Source of the DNA: Ferroglobus placidus DSM 10642 | Lineage (GTDB): Archaea > Halobacteriota > Archaeoglobi > Archaeoglobales > Archaeoglobaceae | Direction: 5' to 3' | Assembly (NCBI RefSeq): GCF_000025505.1 | Contig: NC_013849.1 | Span: 330,001 to 362,000 of the forward strand | DNA length: 32,000 nt | Part shown: piece by piece, positions 21,250 to 29,177 of the stretch | How the letters are laid out: every line of letters begins with the position of its first letter | Numbering within the stretch: the stretch's first letter is position 1 | Position numbers and translations under genes: made by a program | Notes under the pieces: generated by a model | What the model saw: only the letters and a program-made list of their open reading frames with translations | Databases searched by the model: none | What the model was told of the DNA's origin: nothing

Positions 21250-22005
21250 GGTAATGCCTCAGTAATGTTTATATTCAATTAGTTGGATAAATCGGTGATG
21301 ATGTGTCCGCATTGCAAATCGATAAAAACTGTGAAAATGGGCTGTTATTACACGAAATCTGGTGAGAGGAGGCAGAGATACAAATGCAAGAGCTGCGGGA
21401 GAACTTTCGTTTTGAATCCGATAAAGCCGAGGAATTATCCCGAGGAATTTAAGGAGATGGTAGTTAGAGCTGTTGTGAAGGAGGGTGTAGGGATAAGACA
21501 AGCGAGCAGAATTTTCAAGCTTTCTCCTAACACTGTGACAGCTTGGGTAAGAGAATTTTCTAAAAAAGACCTGAGAAATGAGATTAGATCGGAAAAGCCT
21601 GTTATCGAGTTAGATGAAGCTTGGAGTTTTGTTAAGAAAAAGGAAAACGAAATCTGGATTTGGATTGCTTTAGAGAGAAATTCCCGAAAAATAATAAGTT
21701 ATGCAATAGGAGATCGTTCTGTGGATACTTTCAAGAAATTGTGGGACGGAATTGGCGATGAAATAAAGCGGAAAGCAATTTTCTACACGGATCGCTGGGA
21801 CGCTTATAATTTGATTCCTTACAGGCAGAGAATCGTAAGAAGAGGAGGAACGAACCACGTTGAAAGGTTATTCTTAACTCTGAGAAATGATAATCCGAGA
21901 TTCGCAAGAAAATCAATCAGATTCTCAAAATCCTCGGAAATGCTCGAAATTCAATCAAACTGTGGATTCATTACTATAATTTATCAACATTATAGTGACA
22001 CTACC
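21250..22005 (+). mobile_element. IS1-family insertion sequence (~756 bp)
   Basis: Imperfect terminal inverted repeats: GGTAATGCCTCAGTAATG (21250..21267) against the reverse complement of CATTATAGTGACACTACC (21988..22005), 13/18 matches. They enclose an IS1-type transposase. I found no target-site duplication. Confidence 0.6.
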
Positions 22006-22209
22006 GTTGGAGTTTTAACAACTACATTACTTTTCTCCATTTTTTCAAGGACATTTCTTAAATTCTCACGATCAACCTTTGCTGGAATTAGATCTCCAAA
22101 ACCACAAGCGTTTAGAACTTTAGATGTTATCTCTAAAACATCACTCCACGATAAACCTGGATACAATTCACATATACTTTATATATGGCTAGTTCTCTTA
22201 TGTCTGTAA
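21283..22209 (+). CDS. IS1-family transposase (InsA-like Zn-finger/HTH fused to InsB-like DDE domain), with read-through tail
   Basis: CPHCKS...CKSCGRTF zinc finger, HTH IRQASRIFKLSPNTVTAWV, and DDE blocks ELDEAWSF, FYTDRWDAY and TNHVERLFLTLRN. The family-like end (..YQHY) coincides with the right IR at ~22005. The ORF nevertheless stays open for ~68 more codons to 22209. Confidence 0.8.
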   Translation: MDKSVMMCPHCKSIKTVKMGCYYTKSGERRQRYKCKSCGRTFVLNPIKPRNYPEEFKEMVVRAVVKEGVGIRQASRIFKLSPNTVTAWVREFSKKDLRNEIRSEKPVIELDEAWSFVKKKENEIWIWIALERNSRKIISYAIGDRSVDTFKKLWDGIGDEIKRKAIFYTDRWDAYNLIPYRQRIVRRGGTNHVERLFLTLRNDNPRFARKSIRFSKSSEMLEIQSNCGFITIIYQHYSDTTVGVLTTTLLFSIFSRTFLKFSRSTFAGIRSPKPQAFRTLDVISKTSLHDKPGYNSHILYIWLVLLCL

Positions 22210-22231
22210 TCTCAATTATATTTTCCGTCAT
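21990..22231 (-). pseudogene. remnant of an unknown gene, frameshifted and truncated by the IS1 element
   Basis: ATG 22231 gives MTENIIEITDIRELAIYKVY.. and stops after 32 codons. A second frame (22178->21993) reads SICELYPGLSWSDVLEITSKVLNACGFGDLIPAKVDRENLRNVLEKMEKSNVVVKTPTVVSL and is closed by a stop inside the IS1 right IR. A TATA-like TTTAAATTT lies ~30 nt upstream. Confidence 0.25.
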
Positions 22232-22460
22232 TACGGAATTCTATGGGATTTACAAATTTAAATGTTCTTACTCGGAATATGCCAAAAGGGTTAATACTGC
22301 ATCTCAAGCTGTCTGAAGAATTTGCAGAAAAATTGGAGATTAAAATAATAATAAAGAGAAAGAACTTACACTGGATAAGAGAAATGACGGTTAAGGTTAT
22401 GCGGGCGATAATTAAGTTACTCCTAGGGTTACTGATCTAAGTTTAAGGCACAAAGAGATA

Positions 22461-23351
22461 TTAAGGTGACTTTTTATCCTCTTGTTTTCCTCTAATAGCT
22501 TCAAGGATTTCTTTCTCTAACTTCAATATTTCATCTACCATTGTTCTGAGAGAATCTATCTCAGATTTAAGCGTACTAAATTTTGTATCAAGCTCTCCGG
22601 CGATCTTGTTTACTCTCTCAGATAATATTTTAATTTCACTCCATATGGTGGTTACTAAGTCTCTTGTTGCAACGTTGATTATACCTCTAATGAACAGTTC
22701 TGTTATTAACTCAGTTTTATTTATCGGAAAATCATAGATTCTTATGAAGCCTACAGGAAGCGCTACTCCATGCTTATAACACACAATAAAAGCGTGCATG
22801 TATTGGGTATTATCGGCTATGGCTAGTGGAGTATATGTCACTCCCGAAACTCCTGGAGGTAAGTTCCTTTGATGAGGACGCGTGCCTATCCATGTTGGAA
22901 GTCCGAACATTATACCATATACTGTTAACATGACAGGTTTATTTGTATTAATAAAGTTTGAATTTATGCCAAGCACGTTTTGCATAGCATTTGGAGTATT
23001 AATTTTTCCTCCATCTATTTTTCCGACATAATATAATGGAACATCTCCAATCCAGACAATACTATGACCTACATTGAGAAATAATCTTAGCAGACTATTT
23101 GCTGTTGGATTGTTTGGGTTATCTAAGATTAAATCAGGAACAACATCTTGGGCAAACACTACTACATATTCTTTATCTGTAGTCCTAGAGCCTTCACTTA
23201 GTATGTTTTTTAAACTGGTAGTATCAATAGCTTCAAAATCGTACTTTTCAAGTTCTCTAGCTATAATCTTGGCTATATTATGAGGTATCCAGCTATAGGG
23301 ATATCTTTCGTCATAGTATACATACAGCTTTTTAGATGACCCTACCACCAT
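22461..23351 (-). CDS. hypothetical protein, globular N-terminal domain plus C-terminal coiled coil; partner of the OLD-family nuclease
   Basis: 296 aa. ATG 23351 has an AGGTG SD 7-8 nt upstream, inside the OLD gene, and overlaps that gene by 20 nt. The last ~60 aa are heptad-rich ([45 protein letters not shown]). I see no Walker A, DEAD/DExx, HNH or other catalytic motif. Confidence 0.7.
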   Translation of the reverse strand: MVVGSSKKLYVYYDERYPYSWIPHNIAKIIARELEKYDFEAIDTTSLKNILSEGSRTTDKEYVVVFAQDVVPDLILDNPNNPTANSLLRLFLNVGHSIVWIGDVPLYYVGKIDGGKINTPNAMQNVLGINSNFINTNKPVMLTVYGIMFGLPTWIGTRPHQRNLPPGVSGVTYTPLAIADNTQYMHAFIVCYKHGVALPVGFIRIYDFPINKTELITELFIRGIINVATRDLVTTIWSEIKILSERVNKIAGELDTKFSTLKSEIDSLRTMVDEILKLEKEILEAIRGKQEDKKSP

Positions 23352-25245
23352 AAGCTACACCTACTTCACGGTCTATACTTAAAATGATCCTCATAATATC
23401 ATCTGGAACTTCTGTGAGTTTTGGTGCAACCTTTTCTGCAATCTTTTGCTTCAAATCTCGTTCAATCAGGCTACCTTTGTGCCATTCAAGTATATCAAGA
23501 AGGTTTTCGTCTACATCTTTTAAAACGTTGAACAGTATTCCGCTAAGTCTATGTAATAGATCTTCTCCATTTTTGCAGGCACCATGCAGTTTCATCTCAT
23601 CTATGACAGATCTAATTTCTTTATCTTGCATGACGACATCATACTTATCCTCAAGATTCCCTCTTAGTGACTCATCAAGTGCTTTAACAAAATCCTCAGA
23701 TTTTATGTAACATAATATATCTTTTCTATTCGTTGTGAATACTTCGTAATTTTCACGTAACTCCATTTCTTTAGCGTCATTTACTGCTTTACGTCCTTGC
23801 TGGTCATTGTCAGCTATTACAAACACTCTCAACCCATAGTCATCTCTAAAGACTTTTATTAGTTCTTTTAGATTTCTTCGACCGAATGGTACTATAGTAT
23901 AACTAAGTTTAGGTAAGTTTTCAAGTAGTTGTTTTTCTATTAGTATGTCAATATAGCGTTGCAACAGTATTCGATCGCTATTCCCTTCAACAAGTATCAC
24001 AGCATCTGAGAAAAGGAAGTAACCGGGCACGACGCCCAATTCTCTGGCAAGTGATTCACTAAGCCTACCACCACGAAATGGATAAAAGACAATCGTGGCT
24101 GGGAGTATCGTTAAGTAACCTTCAAGTTCAGTTTCAATCAACTCCTTTCGAACTCCTATAACGAATCTCTTATCCTTAAGACCAGCGATAAAATCTGGAG
24201 AATGTGTAACTATAATTAGCTGAACATCTAGGCTGTTAGCTAAGATCTCCAAGACCTTAGCTAAACTTCTAACGTATGCTGGATGTAAGTGTACTTCAGG
24301 TTCTTCTATCAAAAACACATGGTGTTTACCTTTAGATATAATCGACGCTAGTATTCCTTCAGTAATTTGATCTCCACTTCCGAAGAGCTCATAACTTAAG
24401 GATGTGCCCTCATACGATTTCGTTAAGGTTTCAGCTCTATCAGGCTGTTCATATTCGTATATGTTACCCCTTATTTGTCTAAGATAATCGTACAGCATTT
24501 TACGAAGGGCAAAAGTTCTTATCACATTTCTAATAGCATTCATAAGTTCGAGAGGCGTAATAGATTGAGTAAAAAGCCCCTTAATCGGGATATCCGCCAT
24601 TTTAGAGACACCAGAAAATGTGTCTATATAGTATACTTTATCTTTTATAATGTCTAAGAATGATTTTAAAACTTCCTCATTCTTCACAGTTCCATTCTCT
24701 ACGATTACACATTGCGTCAAGGGATTAAATCTTTCAGCTTTCAAATCAACATTACGTTTCGTTACTTTACTATGAATTTCTTTCATACCCTCCAAAGCCT
24801 CTTTTGCGATTTTGACAGTCTCTGTTACATGACCATAAACAACTATATTTTGAAGCTTCCACGTAATTTGATTGTCGTTCTTCTCAATAGACACTTCTAT
24901 GTATGCTTTTTCAACACCACTCTCCAAGCCACATATATCCTTCAAGGTGTCTCCTTCTTCTTTATCAAAATTTAATGATACAGCAAGCTTTATTGGTTTA
25001 TTTTGATGAGTGTAAAACCAAAGTCCTCTAATCTGATCTCTTAATCCCTGCTCGGTTATAGTGTTGACATCAAGATTCTTCTCAGTGGAGATGGTATCAA
25101 GATTCTCAAATATTACTCGTATAGCGTTGAGTATTGAAGTCTTTCCAGAACTATTCCTACCTATAAGTACTGTAATTCTTCCAAATTCTACGGACAGATC
25201 ATATATGCTTCTAAAGTTTTTTACTTCAAGTCTTTCTATCTTCAT
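23332..25245 (-). CDS. OLD-family ATP-dependent endonuclease (ABC-type ATPase fused to Toprim domain)
   Basis: 637 aa. Walker [10 protein letters not shown] (aa 29-37), signature-like FGSGDQ (288-294), Walker B/D-loop [13 protein letters not shown] (310-322), H-loop VTHSP (346-350). Toprim Glu in [10 protein letters not shown] (E420) and DxD in VIADNDQQG (D479/D481). Confidence 0.85.
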   Translation of the reverse strand: MKIERLEVKNFRSIYDLSVEFGRITVLIGRNSSGKTSILNAIRVIFENLDTISTEKNLDVNTITEQGLRDQIRGLWFYTHQNKPIKLAVSLNFDKEEGDTLKDICGLESGVEKAYIEVSIEKNDNQITWKLQNIVVYGHVTETVKIAKEALEGMKEIHSKVTKRNVDLKAERFNPLTQCVIVENGTVKNEEVLKSFLDIIKDKVYYIDTFSGVSKMADIPIKGLFTQSITPLELMNAIRNVIRTFALRKMLYDYLRQIRGNIYEYEQPDRAETLTKSYEGTSLSYELFGSGDQITEGILASIISKGKHHVFLIEEPEVHLHPAYVRSLAKVLEILANSLDVQLIIVTHSPDFIAGLKDKRFVIGVRKELIETELEGYLTILPATIVFYPFRGGRLSESLARELGVVPGYFLFSDAVILVEGNSDRILLQRYIDILIEKQLLENLPKLSYTIVPFGRRNLKELIKVFRDDYGLRVFVIADNDQQGRKAVNDAKEMELRENYEVFTTNRKDILCYIKSEDFVKALDESLRGNLEDKYDVVMQDKEIRSVIDEMKLHGACKNGEDLLHRLSGILFNVLKDVDENLLDILEWHKGSLIERDLKQKIAEKVAPKLTEVPDDIMRIILSIDREVGVAYGGRVI

Positions 25246-25293
25246 CTGCCATAATCCTCTCCAATTGTATGTTTTTTAAGATTATTTTTCTTT

Positions 25294-26147
25294 GGGGCGT
25301 GTCCAGAAATAACCTCTCGAGATAAGACTGCAAAAATATTACTATCGAATTAAACTCCTTCATGCTCAAAAGATGGAATTCAGCCGTCTACGATGTAGAA
25401 CTCATACTCAAATTCCTTCACGTGATTTTAACATCGCTGAAGATTGATGAAAGATTCAAGAAACGAAAGGGGCGAAAGCCTAAAAGATGTCTAAGCCTGT
25501 ACGTCAAAGCTATCGTTCTGAAAGAGATATTTAAGTGCAGCTTTCGCTATTCGGAATCTTTAACGAAGAAATTCCTTAAAGCAAGAATCCACTTTGAACT
25601 ACTGGGAAATAAAGCATTCGGATCTGATAAAAGAAGTTCTCAAAGCCATAAACGAGTTTTTGAGCCAGATAGAATACTTCTACACCTTTCTCGATTCTAC
25701 GAAGTTTTCAAACTGGCATAAAGACCCTAACAAGCTCTTCGTCTGCGTTAGAGTTGGAGAAGCTTTGATTCCGGTTTACGTTGACTTAACGAGCTCTGAA
25801 GAAGAATTCGTTGGAGAAATTCCTGAGGGGAGAGGATTTGCCTTGGCCGATGGCGCTTTCGACGCTAAAAAAAGTTCTGAACGAGTTATCTGCCGATCGT
25901 TAAGCCGACGAAGAGAAAGCCTGACGGCTTGGGATCGAAGATAAGGGGCCTCTTTTTCGATAGATCGATCTACAGGTATAGAGCTGTTGGAGAAGGTTAC
26001 TTCGGAGCTCTAAGCGTTGAATTAGGCGAGAGATTAAAATCGAGAGGAAAAAGCGATAAAACGAGGATTTTCTAGAAATGTAGTCTATTGTATAAAAATG
26101 GCTTTAAGGTGGAAGCATGGAGCTTCTTGAATTTTTGGACATCCCCC
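25294..26147 (+). mobile_element. degenerate IS4/IS5-superfamily insertion sequence (~854 bp)
   Basis: Terminal inverted repeats GGGGCGTGTCCAGAAATA (25294..25311) against the reverse complement of AATTTTTGGACATCCCCC (26130..26147), 14/18 matches. They enclose a broken DDE transposase gene. No target duplication found. Confidence 0.6.
25362..26075 (+). pseudogene. DDE transposase (IS4/IS5-type), at least three frameshifts
   Basis: The transposase-like sequence is spread over three frames. Frame 0 has ..RKGRKPKR..SFRYSESL. Frame 1 has ..FYTFLDSTKFSNW...GFALADGAFDAKK. Frame 2 has VLNELSADR. Frame 0 resumes with VKPTKRKPDGLGSKIRGLFFDRSIYRYRAVGEGYFGALSVELGERLKSR..*. The D, D and E contexts sit in different frames. 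One shift coincides with the A7 run at 25867..25873. Confidence 0.7.
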
Positions 26148-26163
26148 TCAGGAGTTCGATAAA

Positions 26164-26691
26164 ATGATTGCCGTAGTTGCTGCGATAATCGGCGGACTCT
26201 TAACAGGTTTGAAAACACCGCTACTTTCGCCAGTAATCTACCTATCGAAGTTCAAGAGAGACATCTTTCTCATCCTATTCTTCGTTTACTGTTTAGCACT
26301 GGGTTACGAGCTCGAAATAACAAACGTATACGATGATAATTTAATCACGATTTTTGCCGTCATATTACCATCGATACTTCTTCTCGACGCCGGATTGAAA
26401 GGCGAAAGCAGAAGTTTATTCGGCTATATTCTTTTTGTTGCCATCTCAATCGGCTGGTTTGTTAGAGAAGTGTTTGTTATTGCAGTGCTACTCGCTCTTC
26501 TTTATCACTTCTCAAAAGACAACCCGAAAAGAGGAGTTTTTGCAGTATTAGTCAGCATTTCTTTGCTTATTGCTGGACTTGTTTTTGGTAAGAGTACGCT
26601 TAATTTGCTCGGAGGTTCTTCAACGCAGGTAGTTTTTATCTCAGCTATCAGCATACTAATTGTGCTTTTGTTTTGGAGAAAAATGGCTTAA
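26164..26691 (+). CDS. hypothetical integral membrane protein
   Basis: 175 aa with ~5-6 hydrophobic segments and no recognisable motif. Confidence 0.5.
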   Translation: MIAVVAAIIGGLLTGLKTPLLSPVIYLSKFKRDIFLILFFVYCLALGYELEITNVYDDNLITIFAVILPSILLLDAGLKGESRSLFGYILFVAISIGWFVREVFVIAVLLALLYHFSKDNPKRGVFAVLVSISLLIAGLVFGKSTLNLLGGSSTQVVFISAISILIVLLFWRKMA

Positions 26692-26713
26692 TCGTCTGAA
26701 TATATTAAAGAAC

Positions 26714-27658
26714 TTATATCTTCTCCAGTCGTTGTTTGAAGTATTCTATTACATATTTTTCTATGTTTTTATAAAATTTTTCCTCTCCACCAGCCAGCTT
26801 TATTAGGTCTTCGTAGATGCCCATTTCTTTCAGCTTCTCTAAAACGCTTTCCGACAGGGACTGGGGGCCCAGAAGTCTTAGGGTGTGCGCGGACCTGCCA
26901 GCTCGAACAAACAGTTCGGCGACGGGTCTCGGAATAAGCAACACGTTTCGATTGAGTTCGACGAAAGCGAGTGGCGTAAGATCGTCAAGAAACAATTCCA
27001 AGTACATTCTGCGCAAAATATTCGGGTCTACTTGATTAGCATATTCTCTAGCTATTTTGTCAAAGTCGCCTGAATTTACAACCTCCTCGATACTCGGTCT
27101 GCTAACATCTACTTGTTTTCTTTCCTTTAAGTATTCTTCAAAGAGAAATGAAAGTTCAGCTAACTCGTGAAGTATGGTAGCTACGATGTAGAGTGAGTCT
27201 TCAACGCACAACCGTCCTTTTTCGTTTCTGTACATACCTATCGCTGCTGGCATAGGATAGTTATCTTTTCTAAGGATGTACTCGGTTTTGAAGATTTCTC
27301 TAAACCAATTTGAATTGTATATTATGTCGATCGCCCTTCTCATGTCATCTCCTATCTTAGCTCTTCTTCTCTCTCTTTTTAGAGTGTTTTCTAAGTACTC
27401 TATGTACGGTTTTGACGTTGAAACGAATCTTTTGTTTCTAATAATTTGCTTGTCTAAATCTTCTAGATACCCCGCTGCAACCATATCTTTCCTACACTTA
27501 ATGACTGGCTTCTGGTTGACCTTACTAGGGTCGTTTACGTTGTAAATGATTTTCAGAACTTCGCTTTGTGTCCTTGGAAACATCCAAATCAGGTAACACG
27601 CCCCACAAATTGTGTCTTTTTGTAAGCGTTCAAGCAAGTCCGTGTTCGCAGTTCTCAT
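26714..27658 (-). CDS. hypothetical protein, possible N-terminal wHTH (candidate Rep/regulator of a mobile element)
   Basis: 314-aa ORF of coding-like composition. The N-terminal region ...PRTQSEVLKIIYNV... could form an HTH. Iteron-like repeats lie directly upstream. I recognise no family. Confidence 0.55.
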   Translation of the reverse strand: MRTANTDLLERLQKDTICGACYLIWMFPRTQSEVLKIIYNVNDPSKVNQKPVIKCRKDMVAAGYLEDLDKQIIRNKRFVSTSKPYIEYLENTLKRERRRAKIGDDMRRAIDIIYNSNWFREIFKTEYILRKDNYPMPAAIGMYRNEKGRLCVEDSLYIVATILHELAELSFLFEEYLKERKQVDVSRPSIEEVVNSGDFDKIAREYANQVDPNILRRMYLELFLDDLTPLAFVELNRNVLLIPRPVAELFVRAGRSAHTLRLLGPQSLSESVLEKLKEMGIYEDLIKLAGGEEKFYKNIEKYVIEYFKQRLEKI

Positions 27659-27676
27659 CTCTTTGTCTCTTCAGTA

Positions 27677-27745
27677 TAACTACACTTTTTAGGTTTGTTA
27701 TGCAGCTAACTACACGTTTTTTAAAATTAGATAGTTTACTACATA
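27677..27745 (+). repeat. three iteron-like direct repeats at exact 30-bp spacing
   Basis: TAACTACAC at 27677, TAACTACAC at 27707 and TTACTACAT at 27737, the first two each followed by a T-run. They sit in a very AT-rich divergent intergenic region between ATG 27658 (minus) and ATG 27826 (plus). Confidence 0.55.
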
Positions 27746-27825
27746 ATTTTAGTAAATTTGTATAATTAAACGAAATAAATTTTATGTTTCCTTTTGAAAA
27801 CTTTCGAGCAACAGAGGTGATCAAA

Positions 27826-27975
27826 ATGGTGAGAAAAGAAACAATAGAGTTCTTTGAAAAGTACAGGGATCTCATAAGATTAGTAGAGCAACACGGAAGT
27901 CCGGAGATAAGGAAAATAGCAGCAGCAATCCGGCTTGCTGTTGAAGACGCAAAAAGGAGAGGTGTTTTTAAATGA
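27826..27975 (+). CDS. hypothetical small protein (49 aa)
   Basis: ATG 27826 has a GAGGTGA SD 7 nt upstream and gives MVRKETIEFFEKYRDLIRLVEQHGSPEIRKIAAAIRLAVEDAKRRGVFK. The longer track version (27784) has no SD. Confidence 0.35.
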   Translation: MVRKETIEFFEKYRDLIRLVEQHGSPEIRKIAAAIRLAVEDAKRRGVFK

Positions 27976-28088
27976 TGAAAATACTATGTAGAAAAATTTA
28001 TGCTAATATGACGCTGAAAGTGCTGAAATTTCCCTTGACTCTACTAAGTCCTAAACTCTCCCCAAAGGGACATGGACCGGAATATTCG

Positions 28089-28110
28089 CCACAACCGTGG
28101 ACGGTTGTGG
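28089..28110 (+). other. perfect 9-bp stem / 4-nt loop hairpin
   Basis: CCACAACCG-TGGA-CGGTTGTGG, followed ~15 nt later by a T5 run (28125..28129). It lies upstream of the AT-rich IS6-like transposase gene. Confidence 0.35.
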
Positions 28111-28192
28111 TGAAAATCAGGTACTTTTTGCCAATGTCTGTAATGTGGAAAATTGCAGCACTTAGAATCAACGGTGTGGAGGTTTCGGAACC

Positions 28193-29149
28193 GTGATGGG
28201 GGTAAAGAGAATTTCAATTCCTAAAGAAAATAGGGAAAAACTTTTAGTTTTCAACAGGCTCCTCAGAAATCAAACCTTAAACAAATGGAATCCATCCTGT
28301 CCTCATTGCAACAGCTATCATATTATAAAAAAGACAGACATAAAAAGAGAAAGAAAAGGATATGCGAAAAAATATTTATGTAGGGATTGTAATAGTACAT
28401 TTACTTTTGACAATTGCTTTGAATGGACGCATTATCCTCCTAGAGTTGTCGGGGACATATTTCACCTGATAGCAAAAGGTGAATCCTACAGAGACATTAT
28501 TGAGTTCATCAAGGACCGACATGGGGTCGAAATGGACCGAAAAACTGTGATTAACATATCTAGATATTGCACAGAAAGGTTGGAAATGTTTCGGAAGAAA
28601 ATTGATCTAAAACTATTACATCCGACAGTCTGGGAGATAGACGAGATATATTTGCCCAGAGGAAAGGGTAAATTTTTCAAAGCGTTAACGGTCCTCGACA
28701 TTGATACAGGATACATCCTCATAATTTATGTGAGCAATGAAATAGACTACGAATCTGCCAAGAAAACAATAGAGCTGGCGTTGAATAACAGCATACGCCC
28801 ACCGAGAAAGTTTAAATGTGAGAAAAATGCTGCAATAATAAAAGCAGCTAGCACACTCCTACCAAAAAAGACCAAAATAGATGCAAAATCTAAGAAGGAA
28901 AAATTCGACCACTTAAACAATATCGAAGGTCAAAACAGGAAATTAAGAAAGACTTTAAAAAGAGGAGTCGCATATAGAAACAAATCGACGCTCCAAATCA
29001 GAGCCGACATATACAGATACGACCATAACTTTTTCTGGAGGAAACAGGGTCCCCCTCCGGTGTACTATGCTGGCATTAATGTGCCGAAAAATCTGACTAG
29101 GGAAAGGTTCCTTATAGCGGTCGATAAATTTAATAAATTGAATTTATAA
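28193..29149 (+). CDS. divergent IS6-like transposase with N-terminal zinc ribbon (second catalytic Asp position reads Glu)
   Basis: 318 aa, starting at GTG 28193 or ATG 28196. CPHCNSYH...CRDCNSTF zinc ribbon. WEIDEIY...LDIDTGYIL and NNIEGQNRKLRKTLKR align by eye with WHVDDSV...LLDSETRFIL and NNRAERFFKELKRR of the neighbouring IS6-type transposase. The SDGLKSY position reads CEKNAAI. It is AT-rich, unlike its neighbour. Confidence 0.55.
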   Translation: MMGVKRISIPKENREKLLVFNRLLRNQTLNKWNPSCPHCNSYHIIKKTDIKRERKGYAKKYLCRDCNSTFTFDNCFEWTHYPPRVVGDIFHLIAKGESYRDIIEFIKDRHGVEMDRKTVINISRYCTERLEMFRKKIDLKLLHPTVWEIDEIYLPRGKGKFFKALTVLDIDTGYILIIYVSNEIDYESAKKTIELALNNSIRPPRKFKCEKNAAIIKAASTLLPKKTKIDAKSKKEKFDHLNNIEGQNRKLRKTLKRGVAYRNKSTLQIRADIYRYDHNFFWRKQGPPPVYYAGINVPKNLTRERFLIAVDKFNKLNL

Positions 29150-29177
29150 AATTATTATTCTATAATTCTGTATAGAG

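Noticed and set aside
21238-22015. Target-site duplications flanking the IS1 element and the 25294..26147 IS
   Set aside because: The flanking 8-10 nt do not match on either element, so I claim no TSD. The IS boundaries are therefore approximate.
22243-22440. 65-aa + strand ORF between the IS1 element and the OLD partner gene
   Set aside because: It has no SD or promoter context and an Ile/Lys/Leu-rich product typical of AT-rich non-coding DNA. It overlaps the promoter region of the minus-strand gene remnant.
22461-25245. Calling the OLD pair Gabija, PARIS, Septu or AbiL
   Set aside because: The partner lacks any Walker A/DExx helicase motifs (not GajB) and any HNH motif (not PtuB). ATPase and Toprim are fused in one protein, unlike the split AriA/AriB or AbiLi/AbiLii arrangements. 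I cannot exclude a remote relationship without profile searches.
25362-26075. Programmed ribosomal frameshifting in the IS4/IS5-type transposase
   Set aside because: At least three frame changes are needed, and only one coincides with a slippery A-run. Decay into a pseudogene is the simpler explanation.
27972-28196. 74-aa ORF chained by ATGA/GTGA overlaps between the 49-aa ORF and the IS6-like transposase
   Set aside because: The overlaps are suggestive. However, the product is low-complexity (LSPKLSPKGHGPEYSPQPW) and the region contains a perfect hairpin. I left it uncalled pending conservation data.
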